Shown here piece after piece: positions 41,200 to 55,742 of a DNA stretch of 64,000 bases. The DNA comes from the human T2T-CHM13v2.0 reference genome, Homo sapiens: the NCBI RefSeq assembly GCF_009914755.1, contig NC_060947.1; one strand, 5' to 3'. The position numbers were made by a program, and so were the translations under genes. A model generated the notes under the pieces. The model saw only the letters and a list, made by a program, of their open reading frames with translations. It did not search any database and had not been told where the DNA came from. Each line of letters begins with the position of its first letter. Within the stretch, counting starts at the first letter, position 1.

Positions 41200-42935
41200 T
41201 ATATGTTTTTTAATTTTAAATTTTTCTTTATAGATGTAGTGGAGACAAGAGTGGTTTAGTTACATGGATATATTCCCTAATGGTGAAGTCTGGGCTTTTA
41301 CTATAACCATTATCCAACTAGTGTACATCGTATCCATTAAATAACTTATCAACCTTCATTTTTTTCCCATCCTCCCACTCTTCCAAGTCTCCCATGTCTA
41401 TTATTCCACTTTCTATACATGTGTATACACATTATTTAGCTCCCACTCATAAATGAGAACATGCAGTATTTGCCTTTCTGTTCTTGAGTTATATCACATA
41501 AAATAATGACCTTTAGTTCCATCCACGTTGCTGCAAAAGACATATCACTCTTTTTTATGGTTGAGTAGTATTTCATTATATACATATATATATATATATA
41601 TATCACATTTTCTTTACCCAATCATTAATTAATGATCACTTAGATCAGTTCTATATTTTTACTATCGTGAATAGTGCTGCAATAAACATACAACAGTGCA
41701 TATATTTAATATATAATGATTCTTTTTCTTTTGAGTAGATATCCAGTAGTGGGATTATTGTTTGGAAGGAGTGCTTCTGTACAAAGCAAATCTACAAAGA
41801 CGAAGAGAAGTGGGTCTTTTTAGTAGTGAGATCAAATGGTAGTTCAATTTTTAGTTCTTTGAGAAATTTCCATACTGTTTTCCATAGAGTTTATACTAAT
41901 TTACATTCCCAACAATAGAGTATAAAGGTTCCCTTTCTTCTGTATCCTCACCAACATCTGTTATTTTTTGGGTTTTCAATAATAGTCATTCTGAATGGTA
42001 GAAGGCGGTATTTCATTGTGGTTTTAATTTACACTTCTCTGATGAATAGTGATGTTGAGCACTATTTCATATGCTTCTTGGCCATTTGTATTTCTTCTTA
42101 TGAAAAATGTCTGTTCATGTCCTTCGCCCACTTTTTAATGGGATTCCTTGGATGTTTTTGTTGTTGTTGTTGAGATATTTTGAGTTCCCTGTAGATTCTG
42201 GGTATTAGTGCTTTGATGGGTGCATGGTTTGCAAATATTTTCTCTAATTCTGCAGCTTGTCTGTTCACTCTGTTGATGATTTCCTTTGCTGTGCAGAAGC
42301 TTTTTAGTTTAATTAAGTTACCGTTGCCTATTTTTGTTTTGTTTCATTTGCTTTTGAGGTCTTAATCATGAATTATTTGCCAAAGTTAATGTCCAGAAGA
42401 GTATTACCTAGGTTTTCTTCTAATATTTTTATAGTTCCAGGTATTATATTTAAGTCTTTAATCCACCTTGAGTTCATTTTTGTATATGGTAAAAGATAGG
42501 GGGCCCAGTTTCATTTTTCTGAATGTGTCAATCCAATTTTCCTGGCATCATTTGTTGAATGGGGTGTCTTTTCCTCAGTATATGTTTTTGTAGACTTGGT
42601 CAAATATCAGTTAGCTGTAGGTATGTGGCTTTATTTCTGGGTTGTCTATTCTGTTCCATAGATTTATGTGTCCATTTTTATATCAGTGTCACATCATTTT
42701 GGTTACTATAGCCTTATAGTATAATTTGAAGTCAGGTAATACGATGCCTTCAGCTTTGTTCTTTGTGCTTAGGATTGTTTTGGCTATTCGAGCTCTTTTT
42801 TGATTCCATATAAATTTCAGAATTGTTTTCCTAATTCTTTGAAAAATGTTGTTGTTATTTTGATAGCAATCACATTGAATCTATAGATTTTTGGGGGGCA
42901 ATATGGTCTTTTTAATGATATCGATTCTTCTGATT
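41200..42935 (-). mobile_element. 5'-truncated L1PB4-like LINE-1
   Basis: GTTACATGGATATATT...GGTGAAGTCTGGGCTTTTA 3' UTR plus ORF2 C-terminus. Confidence 0.85.
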
Positions 42936-44224
42936 ACACAGGTCCTTTTAAATGTACTGATTCCCCAAAAGTCTCTCCTCTTTTGGGTGGAATATACTTG
43001 GGTGGACTATTGTATGTTTTTTCCATAATATTTTGCTCCAGATTTTTCCTGGATATTCTAGCTTGCAGAATGTTTTTGCAAAGCCTGTCATTTTTTCAGC
43101 CTGACCTCTAAGTTAAGGGAAACAGGTATGATTATCTTGTGTCTATTCCTCAAGTATTCTCCAGGAAGGTTAGAACAGGCATATACAATAACTTGTGAAT
43201 GAAGCCTGTTCTGCTCCCTTTATATCCTGAAATCAGTCTCACACACTGGGAATGCAGGCTTCCTTCTTCAAGATTATTACCATAGTAGAGAGAGCATGCC
43301 AAGGGCTACTAAAAATGCCACAAAGTTTTATGTTATGAAATTGCCCTTTTCTTGATTCACTGTTTTCTTAGTTGTTCTAAATCTTTGACTGATAAATTCT
43401 ACTTTTTAAATTTTTTAAAAATATTTTTCTGTGGGGGAACGAGAGCTTGGACCTGCCAATAATGACATTTTGCTGTCATAATGCCCCTACTGTAATCCTT
43501 TTTGAGGCTCACTTTCCCATACTTGTTTAATAAATTTGGCTTCAAATTAGTCTGTGAGTTCTTTTAACATGGCCCTAATAGTTCTTTGTAGCATACTCAC
43601 TATTTTATATGATAATATGTGCCTGACCTGGAAACAGCCAATTATTTAAAATGCTTTTCTTTTGATGGAACATGGTGTTTCAAGTCCACAATGTGAATGT
43701 TAGAGTGCTTATTGCTTCTTGTTTAATGTTTCTAGTGTTTTCCATGGATAGAGCTGGAGGAGATAGTTAGATATGTAGCTAGACAGAGATAATACCTCAT
43801 GAGTTCATATGTGTACTTTCAATTCCAATTCAGGGCTACATCGTTTTTACTTAACATCATCTATATTATATCTTTACTTTCTTCTATTCCCAACCAGTTT
43901 CAGCTGCTATTCTCAGTTCAAGTCAGCTGTATTTCTAGTGAACGTTTTTTTTTTTTTCTATGTGTTCTTAGGTTAATCAAATGCCCTGCTGTTTCCTTTT
44001 GCTTTATTCTGCACAATTCTTGATATCATGCTGTTCTTACCATGTTGGTATCAATCATGCTCATATGCTTGTATTTTGGGATCGTGGTAATATCTTGTTA
44101 CCTACTTTGTTGCAAGTGTTACGCATGAGTTTTCAATTTGATATCTAGCTGTTATGTTTATTTCTGAGAATTTAGAGATTCAAAACCTGTGCTGCTATTG
44201 TCATCATGTTCCCAAATCCTTTCC

Positions 44225-44370
44225 TGTAATTATCATTTTGTGTTTAAGGAAATTGACGCACAGAGAGATTAAATGACTTGCTCAGTGTTACAGAGCAATT
44301 ATCAAGGCCAGGATTCAAGCCCTAAAAATTTAACTAGAGATATAAGTTTAACTTCTACTCTGCTGCCTCA
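44225..44370 (-). mobile_element. MIR
   Basis: GGAAATTGACGCACAGAGAGATTAAATGACTTGCTCA...GGATTCAAGCCC. Confidence 0.75.
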
Positions 44371-45134
44371 TCAACAAAGTACATCTTTATAATTGCCTAG
44401 GAGGAGGACTCTTTTTCATCTTTCTTGTGCCTATGAGTTCATAGAAAGGGGATTTTGTTTCTATTTGATTGAGGAAGGGAGTTACGGAGAGGAGTTTAGG
44501 GGAGAATATTTCCAGTTTCTCTCTCCATTCCTACACTCTCCTTCTCAAGGATTGCGTTTTATCCAAAAAACAAAATAAATGTGTAGAAAAAACAAGGCAA
44601 GCTTATTGAAAGCTCTTTGGTCTCTCTCTCTTCTTTTTCCTGTCTTGGACTGTCAGTTCTGGTGGCTTCCTCCTGCAAACCCAGCTACTATTTTGTCATT
44701 TTTCTAATTTATTCAACTGAACTACTAAAGTATGTCTACCTTTTACTAGAAGCTAGTTATCTCAAAAATTGGTTTGTAGTGAGGGAGTAGGAGGCCAAAT
44801 TTTAGCTTTAGAAACAAATCTAGTTTTTAAATCTAGACTTATTACAGATAAAGCTGATTATTTATAACTCCATTTAGCTTGTGCCCTTACTCAGTCCAGC
44901 AAAGGGATAAATATTTGTCATGTGAAACATCATAGAATCTTAGTTGTTGAGAGGAAGTTTTATTCTTGCCTTATCTAACCAGTTGTTTGATAATCCACAG
45001 CCAGCACACCATATACAGAGGGCTAAGCATTCAAAATTGCCTCTTTTGAACACTTGTAATTACATGATTCTCTTAAGTAAAAATGGCTGGTTTTACCTTT
45101 TCAAGTATTTCTTCATTTTCCTATTTTTAATAGG

Positions 45135-45330
45135 CATAGAAACAATACAATGTAATGGTTAAGAGCCAGAACATTGTATCAGACACATTTATAGCCTTGG
45201 GACCTTGGATGAGCTACCTCTAGATTCTGTTAAGCTCATGTCTTTATCATTAAAATGGGGCTAACTGTGGCTTTCTAATAATGTTCTCATGAGATTTAAA
45301 TTAGATCATATATGGAAATCTCATAGCAGC
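45135..45330 (+). mobile_element. MIR
   Basis: GTAATGGTTAAGAGC...GACCTTGG...AAAATGGGG...GAGATTTAAATTAGAT. Confidence 0.7.
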
Positions 45331-45940
45331 TCCCAAAGTAAGGGATGAAAAATATTTGTTTCCCTCTATTTTCTTACTAGACACTTTCACTTGGTTGGCT
45401 TATTTCATATATAAAACCCCATATGTTAGGCATTAATCTTTCTAAGGACCAGCATCATTACCTAGGAGTGTGTGGCTATGACATGCTGCCTTACTCTTTA
45501 AGAAGATACTCATCTTCAATAGAAGAAACTGTATCTGTGGAACAGTAAAAAGGCCAGACACTGTTCAAGATATGTAACACAAAAAGGAAGCTGGTAGGGG
45601 AGAAACAAGCTGGAATAAGGCCAAAATTTAGAAGCAAGTTCAGACAAAAGAGTAGTGTAGGCTTCATTGCCAAAAGGAGTGATGGAAGTGCCATGGACCT
45701 AGAGGTAGAATCAGCAACAGCTCCAGGTTCAGGCTAGATCAGAACACAAGTAGAGCAAGAACAGAGAGATATCAAATTACCCAGAGCCACTGGGGGACCT
45801 GCTGCATTAAGAGGCACCTGGATATCTCACCTGCAAATTGAGTACCTCAACTGTAAATCCCTCAGAAGCTCCAGGAAAATGCAGAGGTTGTTTTGTGGTT
45901 GTATACTCATTTTCCTTCTCATTGTGGCCATGGGACTTAC

Positions 45941-45974
45941 CATCAAGCATCAAAGCAGATAAGAGGAAAGACAT
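45941..45974 (-). pseudogene. Candidate start-codon exon of a decayed gene (MSFLLSALMLD, phase 1)
   Basis: Pyrimidine tract...TTTACAAG|ATG and a consensus donor GATG|GTAAGT; phase fits the next candidate exon. Confidence 0.35.
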
Positions 45975-47359
45975 CTTGTAAAGTAAGAAACAGCAGGACA
46001 GAAATGTGGAGGGCCTACACCTAACAGAATGTTCACTGTTACCCTACTCCTTGGTTCCCAGGTGGAAGAAAAAGAAAGTTTTACAGATGTATATTTCTCG
46101 AAACAAGTAGGGCATCACTAAAATCTTAGAAATCTTTGTTAAATGGAAATTTCCATCACAACCATTCAAGATATGTTTACTGTGACACAAGAGCTAGGCT
46201 ACACTTTTGGTGAAGGGCAGCAATAACATATGGGGCCTACAGGCTACTTTAATACAATCATAGTAGGCTGTGGTGTTTCAGTCTGTAATTGTAAACGTTT
46301 GCACAGGTCAGGCTTTCATATAGTCCAAGTAGGTAGTTCCATACATAGTGAGCTTGGAAGTACCCTGGTACCAACAGATTCCTTTTCCATCTGCTTGCTG
46401 AAAACAAAATTATTTAGCTAGTGATAAAGCATCTTGTTCCTTAAGAAGAGAAATGCTATGAAACAAACAACAAATAAGAAAGGGAGAAAAGGAGAATAAG
46501 AGAGGATAAATTCAGAAAGCCCAGGGTATGGGTATTAAGTGATGGACAGGAGATTGAGTGTTATAATTCAGTTGAAAGAAGGAGGAGGCCTAACGGGTGT
46601 ACACACACACACACAGCCTTTATCTTTTGTCCTTGAGTTGAACCTATCTGTTATTTTTCCATTTGTATGGCAAGGCAGAGTCCATTGCCTGTCAATAACC
46701 TAGTATTGGGCACCTGCTGAGCCAAGACCTGTAGTACAAATGTTCTCCAACCTTCAAACAGAAGGTATTTACTCTTGCAGACAAACAGCCTGGCATACAA
46801 CTTATGTTTCAACAGTTTAAGTGGTATTTAGCTTTCCAGGCCAGTCTTCCAGAGCCCATTTGTTTGCTAAGCAGTAAAACTAATAGCATAAGCTTGAGAG
46901 CTGAAATCCAAAGCCAGTGGACAATTTAGAGAGGAAGAGAGGAAGTCCAGGAAGAAGAAAAAGTAGGCGAAAGAGTACAGATTATAGAGAAGAAAAGATG
47001 ATTGAAAGGGAAGTATCAGAAGTCATTGCCAGAGCCCGTAAGTCTCGTGCCTATATAAACTCTGGCCTCTCATTCTTTTCAGTCTATTTTCTACCTTCTT
47101 GCTGGAGTGATAGAAGACAGCTATAAATAAAACCATGATGCTCTACTGCTTATAAGTTGTATCAATGGAATAAAAATCTAGAGCTTGCAAAATCCAATGT
47201 GATTTGGATTCTACTTACATACTTAATGTAATGATTCTTTCACTCTTCCTAAGAAATCTGGTTTTCTTTCAGATCCTTGAAGATGCCCAATTCCTACCTA
47301 TAGCAGTCTTATTCTAACCAAGCAAGAATAGGGATTGGAGAAAGTGATATTCATATAAA

Positions 47360-47665
47360 CTGCTATCTGCCCTTCAGGTCTCAGCTTAAATGTTTTTAAT
47401 CAATATTGTTTTTATTGATATCCCACCCTAAAGCTCCCAATCTTGATCAGTATTTCTTATTATACACTCTTAGAATATCCTTTATTTTCCTGTGTGGTGC
47501 TAATCAGAATTATATAGTTTTGTGACTATTCTTCTATTTCCTGTTTTTCCTACTAATCTGTAGCCAGCATTAAAACAATAACAGCACTGATTATTCACTG
47601 TTGTGTTCTCAGCACCTAACCTAGTGCCTGGCTCAAAACTATATTGAATAAATGAACGCATGCAT
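47360..47665 (+). mobile_element. L2 3' end
   Basis: CCTTCAGGTCTCAGCTTAAATG...CAGCACCTA...GTGCCTGGC...TTGAATAAATGAA. Confidence 0.7.
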
Positions 47666-47954
47666 GAAGAAATACATGGTCCAAATAAGAAGTTTTTTTA
47701 ACTTCATATATGCTGTGTATGAGTCATGAAGTTTCTAGTAAAACTTTAAAATAGGCACTAGAAGCCTGTCATGCTCCAAATAATCCTCTCTCCCAATATC
47801 CTAAGTGCCCTTATGCTACTTGAAACCTCCTAAGTTTTTCCTCCTTTCAATTCAGCCCTACTAACTAAGTGCTCAATATTCTGAAGTTTTTCTAGCATCT
47901 CATTCTTTCTTCCACTTATTGAGATCACATGTTCCCTTAAAAACTCCACATTAC

Positions 47955-49262
47955 AATTTTTTTAAAATTATACTTTAAGTTCTGGGGTACATGTGCAGAA
48001 CGTGCAGGTTTGTTACAGAGGTATACATGTGCCATTGTGGTTTGCTGCACCCATCAACCCGTCACCTACATTAGGTATTTCTCCTAATGCTATCTCTCCC
48101 CTAGCCCCCCACTCCCGAACAGGCCCAGGTGTGTGATGTTCCCCTCCCTGTGTCCATGTGCTCTCATTGTTCAGCTCCCACTTATGCGTGAGAACTTGTG
48201 GTGTTTGGTTTTCTGTTCTTGTATTAGTTTGCTGAGAATGAGGGTTTCCAGCTTCATCCATGTCCCTGCAAAGGACATGAACTCATCCTTTTTTATGGCT
48301 GCATAGTATTCCATGGTGTATATGTGCCATATTTTCTTTATCCAGTCTATCATTCATGGGCATTTGGTTTGGTTCCAAGTCTTTGCTATTGTGAATAGTG
48401 CCACAATAAACATACGTGTGCATGTATCTTTATAGTAGAATGATTTATAATCCTTTGGGTATATACCCAGTAATGGGATGGCTGGGTCAAATGGTAGTTC
48501 TGGTTCTAGATCCTTGAGGAATCGCCACACTGTCTTCCACAATGGTTGAACTAATTTACACTCCCACAAACAGTGTAAAAGTGTTTCTATTTCTCCGTAT
48601 CCTCTCCAGCATCTGTTGTTTCCTGACTTTTTAATGATCGCCATTCTAACTGGCATGAGATGGTATCTCATTGTGGTTTTGATTTGCATTTCTTTAATGA
48701 CCAGTGATGATGAGCTTTTTTTCATACGTTTGTTGGCAGCACAAATGTCTTCTTTTGAGAAGTGTCTCTTTATATCCTTCACCTACTTTTTGATGGGATT
48801 TTTTTTTCTTGTAAATTTGTTTAGGTTCTTTGTAGATTCTGGATATTAGCCCTTTGTCAGGTGGATAGATTGCAAAAATTTTCTCCCATTCTGTAGGTTG
48901 CATGTTCACTCTGATGATAGTTTCTTTTGCTGTGCAGAAGCTCTTTAGTTTAATTAGATCCCATTTGTCAATTTTGGCTTTTGCTGCCATTACTTTTGGT
49001 GTTTTTGTCATGAAGTCTTTGCCCATGCCTATGTCCTGAATGGTATGGCCTAGGTTTTCTTCTAGGGTTTTTATGGTTTTAGGTCTTATGTTTAAGTCTT
49101 TAATTCATCTTGAGTTAATTTTTGTATAAGGTGCAAGGGAGGGGTCTAGTTTCAGTTTTCTGCATATATCTAGCCAGTTTTCCCAACACCCTTTATTAAA
49201 TAGAGAATCCTTTCCCCATTGCTTGTTTTTGTCAGGTTTGTCAAAAATCAGATGGTTGTAGA
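47955..49262 (-). mobile_element. 5'-truncated L1PA6/7-like LINE-1
   Basis: Well-preserved ORF2 C-terminal ORFs; perfect 17-bp TSD TAAAAACTCCACATTAC (47938-47954, 49263-49279). Confidence 0.95.
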
Positions 49263-49432
49263 TAAAAACTCCACATTACGTTTTATGGGGCATCTTCTTT
49301 TTGGGTGCTTCAGTGAAGATGGAGAGAGAGCAACAGGAAGGTGGAGGGGAACAGAAGGCACCTGATGAACATTTGTTTATATTGGTTAATGTGTGTTCAT
49401 TTGTAGACTCCAAGACAGTTATTGCTGTAGAC

Positions 49433-49654
49433 CAGGAATTGACATTTTTTTTTGTAAATAGCCAGATAGTAAACATGTTCAATTTTTCAGGATATGCATT
49501 CTTAGTTAAGCTACTAAATTCTGCTGTTGCAATGGAAAAGCAGCTACAGTTAATATATAAAGTGATAGGTGTGGCTGTGTTGCAATAAAATGTTATTTAC
49601 AAAAACAACCAGCAGGCTGGTTTTGTCCCAAAAGCCATAGTTTATCCACTCCTG
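49433..49654. mobile_element. MER58A hAT-Charlie MITE
   Basis: CAGG...GCCAGATAGTAAA...GTGGCTGTGTTGCAATAAAA...TTTACAAAAACA...CCTG. Confidence 0.8.
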
Positions 49655-50554
49655 CATGTAGAGAGCTATTGACCAGAGCAGGGGCTTTGCCTCATCACCT
49701 CGTGCCTGATTTAGACATGCCTCAGATGCGGGGGTATCCCCTGAGGAATAATTCCTTAGTGGCAAGGTCAGATGGAATGTAGGACACTGAGAACACAGAT
49801 ATCAGGCCTTTTTTTCCCTCTCTGACACAAACCTTATAAATGAGTAGTGTATAAGTGGAGGAGTGGTCAATCTATTGTACCATTTCAAACCCTGACCTTT
49901 CTACAGCAAGCGTAATTACAGGTAAAACCACTACTCGATTAATATATCAAGGGATCTGATCTTTTGTATCTTATTTTTATGTATGTGAATTGGATTTCTA
50001 GAGAACTGAACAGTACTTGAAATCCTTCAGGCATATCACAAGCTTGGGAACAAATATATGCAACTTACTGCTGTGGGTTTTTTCCCTTGAAGAATCAAAG
50101 AGAGGAAAGAATATGGAGTTGGTTAGTTATGTAGGAGCTCTGTGAGACAACAAAGGCCATGCTAGGGAATAATACATAAAATGAACCAGTTCAGATGATG
50201 TTGGTGATTTAATCTAGGGCCGTGTGGCATAAATTTACATACTTGAGTCCAGAATATTACCTTGGGCTCTAAGCCAGATGTTGCCCCTTCAAAACAGGCA
50301 CTGGATGCTGCAGGAGATACCCCTTTGCCAAATGGCATTATCCATGAACAAAACCCTCTCTACTCCCCTTTGCTGGGTATTGGAGTATCTTCTCGTGGAG
50401 TGTTAGGAGCAAAACCAATACAATAAATTTAAAGTATGAACACAACTTCCTAATTGGGCATTTACATCCTAGTTGAATGAAGGTCTAGGGGCATCCTGAC
50501 TTTGAATACCAAAATCGAGCTAACATATTTATGATACTCTTCTGTTTGAATATG

Positions 50555-51000
50555 TCATAAAGCTTTAAAAAGTAGACTCTGGAATCACAGAGCCTAAGTT
50601 CAAATCCTGGTTGCTCACTTACTATGAGACCTTGAACATATTACTTAAGCCCTCTGTTTCTTGGTTTCTAAAACTTTAAAATTAGTTAAGTTGAAATAAT
50701 ACATGGGAAGTGCTTAGTTCACTACCTGGCACACAGCTTTCAAGATGTTAGCTATTCATATTATTGTTTTACTTTTTACCTTCCTGAGCTATTGCCAATG
50801 TTAAGGTGAGAGTGTATGGAATAGTATGAAGAAAGTGGTTTTGAAATCAGACAAATCTAAGTTTAAATACTGTTTCAAATATTCATTAGCTGTGTGACTA
50901 TGGGCAGGTTATATACATTAGCTTATTTATCAATACATCATTCTGTTTTCTCTTTTATAAAACAGGAATAATGTTATGAATGTATTATGAATAGAAATAA
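50555..51000 (+). mobile_element. Two MIR fragments
   Basis: GTTCAAATCCTGG...GACCTTGAACATATTACTTAA and AGCTGTGTGACTATGGGCAGGTTA cores. Confidence 0.7.
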
Positions 51001-51921
51001 TAATAAATAGGAGGATCCAATCTAACTAAATGTTAATTCTTGCCTTAAATCTGGCTGGACCTTGAAATAACTTATTTTTTAAATTTTAAAATATTTGTAT
51101 TTTAATAGCTTTTGGGGTACAAGTGTTTTTTTGTTGTTGCGTGAATGAATTATGGAGTGGTGAATTCTGAGATTTTAGTGCACCCATCACCGAGAAGTGT
51201 ACATTGTACCTAACAGGTAGTTTTTTTCCATAGTCCCACTCCTACCCTCCTCCTTCTGGGTCTCTAAAGTCCATTATATCATTCTTACGCCTTTGTGTTC
51301 TGATAGCTTAGCTCCAATTTAAAAGTGAGAACATATGGCTTTAGATTTTCACTCCTGTTACTTCATCTAGAATAACAGCTTTCAACTCCATCCAAGTTGC
51401 TGCAAGATACATGATTTTGTTCCTTTTTATGGCTGAGTAGTATTCCATGGTGTGTATATATACCACATTTTCTTTATCTACATATTAGTTTATGGGCATT
51501 TTGTTTGGTTCCACATTGTTACAATGATGAACTGTGCTGCTATAGACATACATGTACAAATGTCTTCTTCGTATAATGAGTTCTTTTCCTTTGGGTAGAT
51601 ACCCAGTAGTGGGATTTCTAGATTGAATAATAGAACTACTTTTACCTGTTTAAGAAATATCCATACTGTTTTTCATAGAAGTTGTACTAATTTACATTCT
51701 ATCCAGCAGCGTAAAACATTCCCTTTCCACCACATTCCCAACAACATCTATTATTTTTCTATTTTTTGATTATGGGCATTCTTGCAGGAGTAATGTGGTA
51801 TCCCATTGTGGTTTTGATTTGCATTTCCCTGATCATTACCAATGACGAGCATTTTTTCTTATGTTTTTTGGCCATTTGCATATCTTCTTTTGAGAATTGT
51901 CTATTCATGGCTTTTGTCCAC

Positions 51922-53375
51922 TTTTTTCTTAATTGCTTTTTAAAATTTTTCTTTTTTATTTCAATAAGTTTTTGTGGGACAGGTGGTGTTTGGTTACATG
52001 GATAAATTCTTTAGTGGTGATTTCTGAGATTTTGATGCATCCATCAACTGAGCAGAGAGCACTGTACCCAATATGTAGTCTTTTATCCTTCAGTCCCCTC
52101 CCACCCTTCCCCCGAATCCCCAAAGTTCATTGTAACATTCTTAGCCTTTTGCATCCTCATAGCTTAGCTCCCACTTATGAGTGAGAACATACAGTGTTTG
52201 GTTTTCCATTCCTGTGTTACTTCACTCAGAATAATGGTCTCCAATTCCATCCAGGTTGCTGCTACTGCCATTATTTCATTCCATTTTATGGCTGAATTGT
52301 ATTTCATGGTATATATATACACATATATATATATATACACACACACATATACACACATATATATCACATATTTATCCACTTGTTGATTGATTGGCATTTG
52401 GACTGGTTTCATATTGTTGTAATTGTGAATTGTGCTGCCACAAACATGCGTGTGCAAGTGTCTTTTTCATATAAAGATTTATTTTCCTCTGGGTAGATAC
52501 CCAGTAGTGGAATTGCTGAATCAAATGATAGATCTACTTTTAGTTCTTTAAGGAATTTCCACACTATTTTCCATTGTGGGTGTACTAGTTTACATTTCCA
52601 CTAACAGTGTAAAAGTGTTTCTTTTTCACCATATCCATGCCAACATTATTATTTTTTGATTTTTTTTATGATGGCCATTCTTGCAGGAGTAAGGTGGTAT
52701 CTCATTGAGGTTTTGATTTGTATTTCACTGATCATTAGTGATGTTGAGCATTGTTTTAATATGTTTGTTGGCCATTTGTGTATCTTCTTTTGAGAATTGT
52801 CTATTCATGTCCTTAGCCCACTTTTTGATGGGATTGTTTATTTTTTTCTTGCTGATTTGTTTGAGTTCCTTGAAGATCCTGGATATTAGTTATTTGTTGG
52901 TTGCAGAGTTTGCAAAGATTTTCTCCTACTCTGTGGGTTGTCTGTTAACTCTGCTGATTATTTCTTTTGCTGTGCAGAAGCTTTTGAGTTTAATTAAATT
53001 CTATCTATTTATCTTTGTTTTTGTTGTAATTGCTTTTGGGTTCTTGGTCATGAAGTATTTGCCTAAGACAGTGTCTACAAGGGTTTTTCTGATGTTATCT
53101 TCTAGAATTTTGATGATTTCAGATCTTGGATTTAAGTCTTTGACCCATCTTGAGTTGATTTTTGTGTAAGGTGAGAGATAAGGATCCAGTTTCATTCTTG
53201 TATATGTGGTTTGCCAATTAGCCCAGTGCCATTTGTTGAGTAGAGTGTCCTTTCCACAGTTCATGTTTTTGTTTGCTTTGTCGAAGATCACTTGACTGTA
53301 AGTATTTGGCTTTATTTCTGTATCCGGTATTCTGTTCCATTGGTCTGTGTGCCTATTTTTATACCAGTACCATGC
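51922..53375 (-). mobile_element. 5'-truncated L1PB1-like element nested in the host L1PB
   Basis: L1PB1 3' UTR with an internal (TA)/(CA) tract; degenerate TSD TTTG(T/C)CCA. Confidence 0.85.
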
Positions 53376-55435
53376 TTTGCCCATGTTTTGATGGGATTAT
53401 TACTGTTATTATTATTATTTGCTAATAAGTTTGAGCTCTTTGTAGATTCTAGATACTAGCCTTTTGTTAGATGAGTAGTTTGCAAATCTTTCCTTCCACA
53501 TTGTAGGTTGCCTGTTTACTGATTATTATTGCTATTATTTTTGCTGTGAAGAAGCTTTTTAGTTTAATTGGGTCCCATTTATTTATTTTTGTTCTTGTTG
53601 CATTTGCTTTTGGGGTTTTAGTCACGAATTCTTTGCCTAGGCCAATGTCTAGAAGAGTTTTTCCAATGTTGTCTTCTAAAACTTTTATAGTTTCAGGTTC
53701 TATATATAAGTCTTAATCCATCTTAAGTTGATTTTTGTTTAAAGTTGGAGATAGGGATCCAGTTTCATTGTTCTACAAGTGGTTTGCCAGTTTTCCCAGC
53801 ATAATTTATTAAATAAGGTAATATTTTTGTATGCTTTGTTGAAAATCATTTGGGTGTATGCACCTGGCTTTATTTCTGGGTTCTTTATTCTGTTCCGTTG
53901 GTCTATGTGCCTGCTTTTATACTACTACCATGCTGTTTTGATAACTGTAGCCTTGTAATGGAGTTTGAAGTTGGGTAATATGATGTCTCTTGATTTGTTA
54001 CTTTGCTGAGGATTGCTTTGGCTATTCAGGCTCTTTTTTTATTCCATATGAATTTAAAGATTTTTTTTTCTAATTCTGTGAAAAATGATGTTGATATTTT
54101 GATGGGAATTGCATTAAATATGTAGATTGGTTTGGGCAGTATGGTCATTTTCGCATATTGATTCTTTCAATCCTTAAGCATGGAATGTGTTTCCATTTGT
54201 TTGTGTCATGTATGATTTCTTTCTGCAGTTTATGGGAGTTTTCCTTGTAGAGATCTTTCACCTCCTTGGTGAAATTCCTAGGTATATTCCTAGATATTTT
54301 CCCTTTTTTGCATCTGTTGTAAAAGGAAATGAGTTCTTGATTTGATTCTCAGTTTAGTTGTTGTTGGTGTATACCAGTGCTGCTGATTTGTGTACATTGA
54401 TTTTGTAACCTGAGACTTTACTGAATTTGTTTATAAAGTTCAGGAGTCTTTTGGAGGAGTCTTTAGGATTTTCAAGGAATATAATCATAGCATCTGCAAA
54501 CAGCAATAATTTGACTTTCTCTTTTCAATTTGGATGCCCTTTATTTCTTTCTCTTGCTTAATTTCTCTGGCCAGGACGTCCAGAACTAAGTTGAATAGGA
54601 GTGGTGAAAGTGGGCACCTTTGTCTTTTTTCTGTTCTCAGGGGAAATGCTTTCAACTTTTCCCCATTCAGTATGATATTGGCTATGGGTTTGTCATATAC
54701 GGTTTTTATTAATTTGAGGTAAGTATCTTTTTTGCTTAGAGAGTTTTTATCATAAAGGAATTCCAGATTTTGTTGAATGCTTTTTCTGCATCTACTGAGA
54801 TAATAATTTTTTTTTGTTTTTAATTCTGCTTATGTGGTACATCACATTGATTGAATTATGTATGTTAAACTATCTCTGCATCCCTTGGATGAAACCGAAT
54901 TGATCACGATGTATTATCTTTTTGATGTGCTGTTGGATTCAGTTAGCTAGTATTTTGTTGAGGATTTTTGCATCTATGTTCATCAGGGAAATTGGTCTGT
55001 AGTTTTCTGTTTTTGTTGTGCCCTTTCCTGGTTTTAGTGTCAGGGTGATACTAGCTTCATATAACGATGTAGGGAGGATTCCCTCTTTCTCAGTCTTTGA
55101 ATAGTTTCAGTAGGATTAGTACCAATCCTTCTTTGAATGTCTAATAGAATTCATCTGTGAATCCATCTGGTCCTGGGTTTTTTATTTGTTTGCAATTTTT
55201 AAATTACTGATTCAATCTCGCTGCTTGTTACTGGTCTGTTCAGGGTTTCTATTTCTTCCTGATTTAATCTAGGAAGGTTATATGTTACAAGGAATATATC
55301 CATTTCCTCTAGTGTATCTAGTTTGTACACATAAAGGTGTTCATAGTAGTCTTGAATGATGTTTTGTATTTCTGTGGTCAGTTGTAATGTCTCCAGTTTC
55401 ATTTCAAATTGAGGCTATTTGAATCTTCTTTGTTC

Positions 55436-55742
55436 TTTTTTTTTTTTTTTTTTTTTCTTTGAGATGGTTCTTGCTTGGTCACCCAGGCTGGAGTGCGGGG
55501 CCCAATCTATGCTCACTGCAGCCTCGGCTTCCCAGGCTCAAGCAATCCTTCCACCTTAGCCTCTCATGTAGCTGGGGCTGCTGGCACACACCTACCACAC
55601 CTGGTTAATTTTTTCATTTTTTTGTAGAGATGAGGTTTTGCCATGTTGCCCGTGCTGGTCTGAAACTCCTGAGTTCAAGTGATCTGCCAGTCTTGGCCTC
55701 CCAAAGTGCTGGGATTACAGGTGTGAGACGCTGCGCTGGGCC
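55436..55742 (-). mobile_element. AluJ
   Basis: Full dimer with GGCTCAAGCAATCCT J-type arm and poly(T). Confidence 0.93.
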
